Assembly: GCF_900232105.1 (NCBI RefSeq)
Contig: NZ_LT934425.1
Span: 3,720,001 to 3,752,000, forward strand
Length of the DNA: 32,000 bases
Reading direction: 5' to 3'
Source of the DNA: Candidatus Kuenenia stuttgartensis
GTDB taxonomy: Bacteria > Planctomycetota > Brocadiia > Brocadiales > Brocadiaceae
The notes under the pieces were generated by a model. That model was not told the origin of the DNA. It ran no database searches and saw only the letters and a program-made list of their open reading frames with translations. Of this stretch, positions 23,987-32,000 are shown in pieces; position 1 is the stretch's first letter, and the number at the start of each line of letters is the position of its first letter. The position numbers and the translations under genes are program-made.

Positions 23987-24232
23987 TTATATGCGCATGG
24001 GCAATGGTTGAGGAGGGGTCTCAAAGATATAGGAGTAAATGCACTTCTGCTTTAAGAGACATTCATCGCATTCTTTGCTCTTGATTACGCATACTACAAG
24101 TCTAAAGGCATATCCAAAGCCGCCGCAGAATACGGCGCCTTTATATGCGGGAAAGCGTATTTGGTATTTAGCGCAGATGGTGAACCTGAATCTTACAGCC
24201 CGAAACCTTTCGAACATAGAAATTCCGATCAA
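23987..24232 (-). pseudogene. N-terminal fragment of a Cas6-like RAMP protein (PF10040/DUF2276 type), tentative
   Basis: FRFTICAKYQIRFPAYKGAVFCGGFGYAFRLVVCVIKSKECDECLLKQKCIYSYIFETPP follows the pattern LPxYKGSxLRGxFGxALRxxxC....C..C.L...C.Y..lFE that I recall from that family. The ORF is cut off after 81 codons by the transposase fragment. Confidence 0.35.
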
Positions 24233-24246
24233 GGTTAGATGCTGGG

Positions 24247-24401
24247 TAACCTCTCAATAAGTTGAGGTTTTTATAATAGTTTCTACAGTCTACAGCCTAC
24301 AGTCTACAGTCTGCAATTTGCCGATTGCCGATTGCTGACAGCACAGTATTCCCTATTAATGAAGTAAGGGGGGGTGTTTACCTCAACTTATTGAGAAGTT
24401 A
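24247..24401. repeat. 155-bp inverted-repeat-bounded element containing a heptamer array
   Basis: The arms taacCtctcaataagttgaggt (24247-24268) and acctcaacttattgagaAgtta (24380-24401) are complementary at 21 of 22 positions. Inside lie ctacagt ctacagc ctacagt ctacagt ctgcaat ttgccga ttgccga ttgctga (24283-24338). Confidence 0.85.
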
Positions 24402-25076
24402 CGATGCCAGAAGAGGTGGAACTTTTTGAAGAACAGCCTGCCGATACTATATGAATGCCAGTGTAAGAAAGCAAATGAAAAATAGAGGGACGAAGGAGGA
24501 GAGAACAGGAGGTGGGAGAGGGATCCGTTAACTTTGCAGAATGAGTCTGTTTTTCGTTTCATCGCGTAATAAGCTTTGCAAAAATATGCCAATCCCTTTC
24601 GTCCAACATTTTAAATGTTTCGTTGTTAATATACCTACACTTCAATGCAAACTCCAACCCTGTTTATGTTTCTGCCGCTTCTTATTCTGCAAGCGGTTAA
24701 TTTATTAACAAATACCGCCTTATATCTACATTTTATCACGCCTTCAGCAAGATTAACGCATGCTGACCCTGAAGACCTGCTGTGTAGGGGGGATTAAGCG
24801 GCAGCGAATCCACCACAATAAAGACAGGGAATCCCAGCTATATCATATACACTTCTTTAGGGTAATTCTCTTGTCCTGAATTTATAGACTTTTATAACAA
24901 CAAATGATTCATGGTCACACCTGAGTAGTACCGTACTCTGAATGAAACAAAATCAAAAACCATTGGACAGAATAAAAACAAAAAACCCTCCCGCATGCCT
25001 TGATAATACGACCGGAATAAAGACTCTTTGTAAGGAACGAAAATATATCAAAACACTTGAAAAGGTTATGGGAAAA

Positions 25077-26321
25077 TCATGACATGTTAGCGATTATTCT
25101 GTCTGCGAACTCTGAACATTTCAGCAATTGAGCGCCGTCCATTTGCCGTTCCAAATCATAGGTTACCGTTTTTTGCCGAATGGTTTTTTCTAATGCCGTT
25201 ATAATTAACATTGCCGCTTTATCCCATCCAAGGTGTTCAAACATCATAACTCCTGATAAAATTACTGAGCCTGGATTAACAATATCCTTTCCGGCATATT
25301 TTGGCGCAGTACCATGTGTCGCTTCGAAGATTGCCGCATTATCGCCAATATTGGCGCCCGGCGCCATGCCTAATCCGCCAACCTGTGCCGCGCAGGCATC
25401 GGAGATATAATCGCCGTTTAAATTCGGAGTGGCAATAACACTATATTCATCTGGCCGAAGGAGTACTTGCTGGAACATTGCATCTGCAATTCTATCTTTT
25501 ATCACTACCTTGTTTTTGGGTGCTTTACCGTTATATTTTTTTTGTACTTCTTCTTCAGTTATTACCGATTTAGAGAATTCTTCTCTGGCGACTTCATATC
25601 CCCATTCACAAAAGGCGCCCTCAGTGTACTTCATGATGTTGCCTTTATGCATCAGGGTTACACTGCATAGCTTTTTATCAATGGCATACTGAATTGCACG
25701 CCTTACTAACCTCTTTGTGCCTGTCACACTTATCGGCTTAATGCCAATGCCGGAATCTTTTCTGATTTTTACCCGGAACTCTTTTTCTATAAAGGCGATG
25801 AGTTTTTTTGCATCGGGAGACCCTTTTTTGTATTCGATACCCGCATAAACATCCTCGGTGTTTTCACGAAAAATGATGACGTTTAATTTTTCCGGTGATT
25901 TAACAGGACTGGGAACACCTTCAAAATAGCGGACAGGACGGACACAGGCATATAAATCGAGTTCCTGGCGAAGTGTGACATTGAGGCTTCGGATTCCACC
26001 TCCAACGGGTGTCGTAAGAGGCCCCTTGATTGCTACCTTGTATTTTTTTATTGCTTTTAAGGTTTCTCCGGGCAACCATTCACCACATTCGTTAAAGGTC
26101 TTTTCTCCTGCCAGTACTTCCAACCAGTGAACCCTTTTTTTGTTTTTATAGGCAATGCTTACTGCCGCATCAAACACCCGTACCGAAGCGTTCCAGATAT
26201 CAGGGCCTGTGCCGTCTCCGCTGATAAACGGAATAATAGGATCATTCGGTACAACCAAATGAGTTTTTTCTTTTGTTATAGCGCTACCTTCCTTTGACAG
26301 TTTTTGTGTTTTTGTTACCAA
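25077..26321 (-). CDS. icd: isocitrate dehydrogenase (NADP-dependent, homodimeric Icd type)
   Basis: The 414-aa protein has [53 protein letters not shown] and [12 protein letters not shown]. The TTG start has GGAGG 7 nt upstream. Confidence 0.9.
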   Translation of the reverse strand: MVTKTQKLSKEGSAITKEKTHLVVPNDPIIPFISGDGTGPDIWNASVRVFDAAVSIAYKNKKRVHWLEVLAGEKTFNECGEWLPGETLKAIKKYKVAIKGPLTTPVGGGIRSLNVTLRQELDLYACVRPVRYFEGVPSPVKSPEKLNVIIFRENTEDVYAGIEYKKGSPDAKKLIAFIEKEFRVKIRKDSGIGIKPISVTGTKRLVRRAIQYAIDKKLCSVTLMHKGNIMKYTEGAFCEWGYEVAREEFSKSVITEEEVQKKYNGKAPKNKVVIKDRIADAMFQQVLLRPDEYSVIATPNLNGDYISDACAAQVGGLGMAPGANIGDNAAIFEATHGTAPKYAGKDIVNPGSVILSGVMMFEHLGWDKAAMLIITALEKTIRQKTVTYDLERQMDGAQLLKCSEFADRIIANMS

Positions 26322-26750
26322 GACGAACCCTCCTGTAAATTTGTTCAGTTTTGCAGCAGTTTATAAAAGGCTTTATAGTACATTCATAAGAAGATAAATT
26401 CAATTTAATAGTAACAGGAATTTAGTAAGGCGTCTTGTTATGGGTTCATTGCTTAAATGTTCCTTGCGTGGCTGTATTTTTATGGTACTGATATCCCTGA
26501 GACAACCCCGATATTCATTCATAGTTATTTTTTTAATTTTAATAAAGACTTAACGGGTTGTGCCTGCAAGAAATATTGTATAAATTGGATATTTTGGGCA
26601 TAAGATGTGTGGATAGCTTTTTTTACCTATTAAGGAAATAATATTATTGACAATGTAATTTGTGTCTGCTACCATGATTCACCTTTAGGTGTGCAGTAGA
26701 TTAAGGTATTTTTAGGGCTTTACAGAGAAAATATTATAAGGAGGACTAGG

Positions 26751-27011
26751 TTGAACGACGAAGAGATTGAAAAAGGTGTAACCTCAATAGTTGCAGAGGT
26801 TACAGAGCTGGATGAAAAAGAGATCTGGGAGAAAAGGGATGCGAATTTTTTTCAGGACCTTGAAATTGATTCTCTTCTGGCGCTTGAGATTTTAGCGCTT
26901 ATAGAAAAAAAATTTAAAGTGCAAATTCCAGAAGAAAAACTTGTAGATATTACTTCTTTGAGCGCCACGATTGGTTTAACAAAATCGGTTTTGGCAGAGA
27001 GTGGGAAGTAA
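26751..27011 (+). CDS. acpP: acyl carrier protein
   Basis: The 86-aa protein has the phosphopantetheine site LEIDSLLALE (Ser codon 26871-26873). The TTG start has AGGAGG 6 nt upstream. Confidence 0.85.
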   Translation: MNDEEIEKGVTSIVAEVTELDEKEIWEKRDANFFQDLEIDSLLALEILALIEKKFKVQIPEEKLVDITSLSATIGLTKSVLAESGK

Positions 27012-27059
27012 ATTGGTTATTCGAAAATCATTGTGCAATGAAAGAAAGAGATATTCAAC

Positions 27060-27509
27060 ATGATACTTTTTGAGGAAATACGATCTCTTCTTCCTCAAAA
27101 ATATCCTTTCATATTTATTGATAGAGCGATTGAGTTTGAAGAAAGCAAGAGAATCGTATGCGTAAAAAACATTTCCGGTAATGAACCTGTCTTTGTAGGA
27201 CATTTCCCTGATTTTGCCATAATGCCTGGTGTTTTAATCATTGAGGCGATGGCGCAAGCTTCAATAATCTTGTTCAGAAAGAGTCTTCCTTCCAGAAACG
27301 ATGAAGATGCTGTTTTTTTATTGGCATCAGTCAATAATGCCAGATTTACAAAACCCGTCGTTCCCGGTGATCAGCTTACCATAGAAGTGATTGTTGAAAA
27401 GATTGTTTCAAGAGGTGCTATAGTTCAGTCTGTTGTGAAAGTTCAGGAAAAGGTCGTTGCTAAAGCAGCTTTGACTTTTGGTATTGTGGAAAAGAGTTCG
27501 TTGGTTTAA
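27060..27509 (+). CDS. fabZ: 3-hydroxyacyl-ACP dehydratase (FabZ family)
   Basis: LLPQKYPFIFIDRAIEF, GNEPVFVGHFPDFAIMPGVLIIEAMAQ (catalytic His context) and FTKPVVPGDQL are present. Confidence 0.9.
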   Translation: MILFEEIRSLLPQKYPFIFIDRAIEFEESKRIVCVKNISGNEPVFVGHFPDFAIMPGVLIIEAMAQASIILFRKSLPSRNDEDAVFLLASVNNARFTKPVVPGDQLTIEVIVEKIVSRGAIVQSVVKVQEKVVAKAALTFGIVEKSSLV

Positions 27510-27527
27510 TTAAAATAGCATTAATAT

Positions 27528-28748
27528 ATGGATAAACGAGTCGTTATAACTGGTGTTGGGATGATAACTCCCATTGGTTCGGGGAAAGATGTTTTTTGGA
27601 ACGCCCTTACCGCCGGGGAATCGGGCGTATCTGAAGTGTCATGTATAGATACTTCAGGATACAGAGTACACAAAGGGTGCGAGGTCAAGAATTTTAATTA
27701 TTCAGATTATATTAAAAATGGTGTCTTAAAAGAGATAGGCAAGGGTTCGCAATTTGCTATAGCGGCTACGAAACTTGCGTTAGATGATGCTAAAATGGAT
27801 TTGTCTAAAATTGAATTGGAACGAATGGGGGTGTCTGTCGGGACAACTGCCGGTGAAATACAAATCTTAGAGAAAGTAAATTATATCAGACATAGAGACG
27901 GGGAGGACAAAGTAGCCCCTGATTTGTTTTTAATGCATCCCTGTAACAATATCCCTGCTAACATTGCAATTGAATTTGGTTTGAAAGGCCCCAATACGAT
28001 AATACCCACTGCGTGTGCAGCGGGGAATTATGCTATTGGTTATGCTTACGATTTAATTAGATTTGGAAGAGTAGATGTTATGGTTGCGGGGGGTTCTGAT
28101 CCTTTTTCGAAAGTGGCTTTTACCGGTTTTGCCCGTTTAGGTGCTATAGCGCCAGAAATTTGTCAGCCTTTTGATAAAAATAGAAAGGGCATGATGGTTG
28201 GTGAAGGTGCGGGAATGCTTGTTTTGGAGTCGCTGGAGTCTGCGGAGAAAAGAAACGCTAATGTTTATGCTGAGATTATTGGTTACGGTTTGAGTTGCGA
28301 TGCTTACCATATTACCATACCACATCCGGATGGCGAAGGTGTTATTTCTGCAATGATAAAAGCATTAAAGAGCGCAAACCTCAGGCCTGAAGATGTTCAA
28401 TACATAAGCGCTCATGGTACCGGCACTCCTGCAAATGATAAGGCGGAAACTATTTCAATAAAAAAGGTCTTTGGAGAAAAACCTGAACATCTGGCAATTA
28501 GTTCAATAAAATCGATGATAGGGCATACAATGGGTGCTGCCAGTGTTATAGAAGCAATTGCTTGCGCCTTAGCGGTGCAAAACGACATTATTCCTCCTAC
28601 TATAAATTATGTTACGCCTGATCCTGAATGTGATTTGGATTATGTGCCCAATGTCATGAGAAAACAAGAGGTAAACATTGCGTTGAACAATGCTCATGCC
28701 TTTGGGGGCAATAACAGTTGTCTGGTAATAAAGAAATTTACCAATTAG
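27528..28748 (+). CDS. fabF: beta-ketoacyl-ACP synthase II (FabF type), catalytic triad intact
   Basis: The active-site Cys is in PTACAAG (Cys163 codon 28014-28016). The His residues are in CDAYHIT and [22 protein letters not shown] and [13 protein letters not shown] are also present. Confidence 0.9.
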   Translation: MDKRVVITGVGMITPIGSGKDVFWNALTAGESGVSEVSCIDTSGYRVHKGCEVKNFNYSDYIKNGVLKEIGKGSQFAIAATKLALDDAKMDLSKIELERMGVSVGTTAGEIQILEKVNYIRHRDGEDKVAPDLFLMHPCNNIPANIAIEFGLKGPNTIIPTACAAGNYAIGYAYDLIRFGRVDVMVAGGSDPFSKVAFTGFARLGAIAPEICQPFDKNRKGMMVGEGAGMLVLESLESAEKRNANVYAEIIGYGLSCDAYHITIPHPDGEGVISAMIKALKSANLRPEDVQYISAHGTGTPANDKAETISIKKVFGEKPEHLAISSIKSMIGHTMGAASVIEAIACALAVQNDIIPPTINYVTPDPECDLDYVPNVMRKQEVNIALNNAHAFGGNNSCLVIKKFTN

Positions 28749-28846
28749 AATGTTTGTAAAGAAAATTTATTTTAAAAATAATTGAAATAATTATATTTAA
28801 GAACGATATTTCCAAAGTTGAAGCGTATAAAATAAGAGGTTTATAA

Positions 28847-30085
28847 ATGGGCGATACGAGGATTGTAATTACAGGAATATCTGTCATCTCCCCTCTTGGA
28901 GAAACGAAAGAGGACTTTTGGCAAAATTTAATAAACGGGGTATCCGGGATTAAACCGGTAACGTTATTTGATGTAACTCATTTTAATAGTAAACAGGCAG
29001 GAGAGATCACGGATTTTGACCCTAAAATTTATTTGGGGAAGAAGGGTATTCGCCATATCGACAGAACGTCCCTTCTGGTATCTTCGGCTACGTGTCTGGC
29101 GATTAAGGATGCTAATCTTGAGAATAATACTTACAATGAAGATGAATTAGGCATCGTTGTAGGCTCTACTTATGGCAGTATTGACAGTATAAGTTCTTTT
29201 GATTTTCAATCACTTAGAGAGGGTCCAAACTATGTAAATCCGATGGACTTTCCTAATACGGTAATAAACGCACCTGCCAGCCGGGCGTCGATTTTTTGCA
29301 AGGCAACAGGTTTAAGTACAACAATTTCTAACGGGGTAACGAGCAGCATTGACGCTATTATATATGCATCTGATTTTCTGCGAATGGGAAGGGTAAAGGC
29401 GGTAATTGCAGGAGGAGTTTATGGATTAGGCCATGACATTTTTTGGGGAGCGCATAGTTCAAAAATCTTGGCGGGGAGTAATAGCGGTACCCTTGAAATT
29501 AGTGCGCCTTTTGATAAGAGACGTAATGGCATGGTCCTGGGAGAAGCCTCTGCGCTGGTTATACTCGAAACTTTAGAGGATGCGTTAAAGAGGAATGCAA
29601 ATATTTACGCGGAAGTAAGGGGTTATGGAACAGCCTTTGATCCTAAGATGTCCACCAGTAAAGAATACCAGACAGACGGCAGCATAAGGGCTATCCGAAG
29701 CGCTTTAGAAGATGCAAAATTAACGCTTCATGATATTTCCTGCATATCTGCTAATGCATATTCCGGAGTATATGGCGATGCAATGGAGGTAAGGGCTTTA
29801 AAAGAAGTATTTGGTATGCGCGCGAAACTTATTCCAGTGACTGCTATCAAATCAATGACAGGTGAATGTCTTGACGCATCAGGGGCTTTACAGACAGTGG
29901 CGGCGGTGATGTCTCTTAACACGCATACTATTCCTCCGACAATTAATTATAAGGAACCTGATCCGGAATGCGACCTAGGTTTGGTTGTTGAAAGAGCGGC
30001 GACTGTTCCGGTAAAAAATGTCCTTATAAATTCATCCTCACGTTTAGGAAATAGCTCTTCCCTGATAGTATCAAAGTTTAAATAA
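28847..30085 (+). CDS. ketosynthase-like protein lacking the Cys-His-His triad (chain-length-factor-like partner)
   Basis: It aligns along its full length with the upstream FabF (RVVITG/RIVITG, GRV..V.AGG, PFDK.R.GM..GE, RNAN.YAE..GYG, IPPTINY..PDPECDL). At the catalytic positions it has Val164 (codon 29336-29338) for Cys, Met for His (DPKMST) and Asn for His (SANAYSG). GECLDASG replaces GHTMGAAS. Confidence 0.85.
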   Translation: MGDTRIVITGISVISPLGETKEDFWQNLINGVSGIKPVTLFDVTHFNSKQAGEITDFDPKIYLGKKGIRHIDRTSLLVSSATCLAIKDANLENNTYNEDELGIVVGSTYGSIDSISSFDFQSLREGPNYVNPMDFPNTVINAPASRASIFCKATGLSTTISNGVTSSIDAIIYASDFLRMGRVKAVIAGGVYGLGHDIFWGAHSSKILAGSNSGTLEISAPFDKRRNGMVLGEASALVILETLEDALKRNANIYAEVRGYGTAFDPKMSTSKEYQTDGSIRAIRSALEDAKLTLHDISCISANAYSGVYGDAMEVRALKEVFGMRAKLIPVTAIKSMTGECLDASGALQTVAAVMSLNTHTIPPTINYKEPDPECDLGLVVERAATVPVKNVLINSSSRLGNSSSLIVSKFK

Positions 30086-30090
30086 GTTTC

Positions 30091-31560
30091 ATGTCATCGA
30101 CCAAGCCTATCAAGCCACATATTCAATCCACGAAAATCGATACATTATATCCTTCTTACGATGTAATTGTAATTGGAGCGGGTATCGCAGGCCTTATTTG
30201 TGCCGCATTTCTTGCTAAAAGCGGGAAAAAGGCACTTCTTATTGAACAGCATTTTATTCCAGGCGGATATTGTACTTCGTTTAAAAGAAAAGGATTTCTT
30301 TTTGATGCTGCTGTTCATCACATCGGTGGTTGTGGTAAATGGAGTGTTGTTGGGCGTTGTTTTAAAATGCTCGGGATAGAGATGGATTTTTACCACTTAG
30401 ATCCCATGGATAATCTGATTTTTCCAACATTCAGCATTGAAATTCCTGCCGACTTAGACGAATATTTATTACGTTTACAGAAAAGGTATCCACATGAAAA
30501 GGACAATATTAAGTGGTTCTTTCAAGACTTTATAAGGCTTTATCGTGCTACATTTCATAATGAAAAAAGTCAGATTATAGAAAAATACAAAGACATGACT
30601 TATGGAATGATGCTCGATCATTTTTTTGATGATAGTGAGTTAAAGATGGTTCTTTCTGGGCAGTGGGGTTATGTAGGTTTAGCGCCGTCGAAAGCATCTG
30701 CGATTGCCATGTCTCAAATGATGATAAATTATCTTAAAGATGGCGCCTTTTTCCCAAAAGGCGGAACGCAAGAGTTTGCAAATGCAATTTTTAGGAAATT
30801 TATTGATTTTGGCGGACACGTTATGTTATCATCCAAAGTCAAAAAAATCTTAAAGAAAGGACCCTCCGTTAACGGTGTTAAATTAAATGATGACAAAGAG
30901 ATACATTCGAGCGTTGTTGTGTCGAATATAGATGCAAGACAGACGTTTTATCATTTGTTGAATGATGAAAATGATGTAGATGCGGTGTACCTTAAAAACA
31001 TTGAAGGAATGAAGGAAAGCTGTTCTTTTTTTCTCTTGTATCTGGGAATTGGAAAAGGGATAGATTTAAATACTTTAAAAAGAGGATTTTATTTATCCGG
31101 CTCAAATTTTGACTCTATTGATAGTGAGTGGATGTATATATCTGTTCCAACCAGTATATGCCAGGCCCTTTCCCCTCAAAATAAACAAATAATCTCCATA
31201 GTAGTGTATAAGAAGGAAGAATTTTATAAAAATGTGACGGATTGGGAATTGCTCAAACAAAATATAGTTTCAAGTACTTTGGAGAGACTAGAAAGTTATT
31301 TACCTGATATAAAAAAACATATAGAAATAATAGAGGTGGCTACTCCTAAAACCCTGGAGCGTTACACATTAAATACCAATGGGGCAGCTTATGGCTGGGC
31401 AGTAAGCGTTGATCAAATATGGGAACAAAGGCTTTCGCCGACAACACCAATTAGCGGCCTTTATTTGGCAGGCCATTGGACAAGACCTGGCCCTGGCATA
31501 TGTGCTGTTGTTTCTTCGGGATGGAGTGTTGCTAATTTAATTTTGAAGAATTGGAGGTAA
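30091..31560 (+). CDS. FAD-dependent oxidoreductase of the phytoene desaturase (CrtI/CrtD-like) family
   Basis: The N-terminus is YDVIVIGAGIAGLICAAFLAKSGKKALLIEQHFIPGGY and the C-terminus is GLYLAGHWTRPGPGICAVVSSG. The start lies 5 nt after the preceding gene. Confidence 0.85.
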   Translation: MSSTKPIKPHIQSTKIDTLYPSYDVIVIGAGIAGLICAAFLAKSGKKALLIEQHFIPGGYCTSFKRKGFLFDAAVHHIGGCGKWSVVGRCFKMLGIEMDFYHLDPMDNLIFPTFSIEIPADLDEYLLRLQKRYPHEKDNIKWFFQDFIRLYRATFHNEKSQIIEKYKDMTYGMMLDHFFDDSELKMVLSGQWGYVGLAPSKASAIAMSQMMINYLKDGAFFPKGGTQEFANAIFRKFIDFGGHVMLSSKVKKILKKGPSVNGVKLNDDKEIHSSVVVSNIDARQTFYHLLNDENDVDAVYLKNIEGMKESCSFFLLYLGIGKGIDLNTLKRGFYLSGSNFDSIDSEWMYISVPTSICQALSPQNKQIISIVVYKKEEFYKNVTDWELLKQNIVSSTLERLESYLPDIKKHIEIIEVATPKTLERYTLNTNGAAYGWAVSVDQIWEQRLSPTTPISGLYLAGHWTRPGPGICAVVSSGWSVANLILKNWR

Positions 31561-31564
31561 AAAT

Positions 31565-32000
31565 ATGAAAAAAATGATGCTCATTAATCCACATAAGCCC
31601 GGGAGGCATGGAGAAGAGAGTATTACGGTAATTGTTCAGATGCCGTTAAACCTTGCTTATATTAAGGCCCTTACGCCTGGTGATTGGGAATTTGATGTTA
31701 TTGATGAAAATATCGAACTGGCAATTGATGATAATGGCGAACTTACTTTCGCGCCGGTGGACCTTGTTTGTATTACATCAGTGACCTACCAATCTCCCAG
31801 GGCATACAAGATTGCTACTGCATGTAAAAGGAAAGGTATGACCGTAATAATGGGAGGGATACATGCGTCTGTAATGCCTGAAGAGGCTTCAAAGTACGTG
31901 GACACTGTTTTTATTGGTGAGGCAGAGGAAGTCTGGCCACGGGTAATAAAAGACTTTGAAGCAGGAAAGTTAAAGAAGGTTTACGATGGTGGTTTACCGC
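31565..32000 (+). CDS. B12-binding-domain radical SAM protein, N-terminal 145 codons (3' end beyond window)
   Basis: The ATG at 31565 has GGAGG 7 nt upstream, and the frame is open to the window end. LINP..NLAYIKALTP..DLVCITSVTYQSPRAYKIATACKRKGMTVIMGGIHASVMPEEA..DTVFIGEAEEVW matches the cobalamin-binding N-domain of class B radical SAM enzymes. The CxxxCxxC motif would lie outside the window. Confidence 0.7.
   Translation, partial: MKKMMLINPHKPGRHGEESITVIVQMPLNLAYIKALTPGDWEFDVIDENIELAIDDNGELTFAPVDLVCITSVTYQSPRAYKIATACKRKGMTVIMGGIHASVMPEEASKYVDTVFIGEAEEVWPRVIKDFEAGKLKKVYDGGLP

Noticed and set aside
24283-24338. Possible CRISPR array next to the Cas6-like fragment
   Set aside because: The period is 7 nt and there are no spacers. 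It is a heptamer microsatellite.
24383-24592. 69-aa minus-strand ORF
   Set aside because: It has no RBS or motifs. It begins inside the right inverted repeat of the 155-bp element and lies in a region with no coding signal in any frame.

Overview
This is a 32-kb chromosomal window, moderately AT-rich, in which housekeeping genes alternate with decayed mobile DNA. My best guess for the source is an anammox planctomycete (Brocadiales-like). That guess is inference from gene content only: a haem c protein and an ACP-FabZ-FabF-KS-like-CrtI-like-B12 radical SAM operon.

Gene order, left to right:
- 2-952: 3' part of a c-type cytochrome gene, whose last 42 nt are duplicated around a 226-nt insert.
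- 1526-1996: a lipoprotein.
- 2172-4428: a secreted FMN-binding-domain::ApbE fusion, overlapped at its 3' end by a 4-TM protein gene.
- 4668-6036: an ISL3 element with a frameshifted transposase.
- 6087-8128: a dead type I R-M locus. It holds an hsdS tail, a nested Y1/HUH transposase-like gene, an hsdR with a nonsense codon and truncation, a ~30-bp tandem hairpin array and a DUF559 leader fragment.
- lhgO-like oxidase (-) and cobK/cbiJ (+).
- 10722-18687: a 7.4-kb segment bracketed by inverted IS3-family left-end remnants. It carries a metallophosphoesterase, a GT4 glycosyltransferase, a DUF481 outer-membrane protein, MarC, a 4x Ig-like repeat protein and a YHS protein.
- 18688-21168: an AT-rich islet with one 676-aa SIR2_2-family protein.
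- 21169-22928: an ISAs1-type transposase pseudogene with a DUF4338-like N-terminus.
- An AhpD/CMD-like gene, then a transposase tail abutting a Cas6-like N-terminal fragment.
- icd (-).
- 26751 to the window end: the fatty-acid-synthase-like operon.

No tRNA, rRNA or CRISPR array was recognised.

Two loci deserve follow-up most. The first is the solo SIR2 + helical-repeat gene sitting between IS remnants, a candidate uncharacterised defence gene. The second is the FAS-like operon, whose second ketosynthase has lost its Cys-His-His triad; the operon resembles a proposed but unresolved ladderane-lipid cluster.

All family assignments come from motif recognition by eye. No database search was run.
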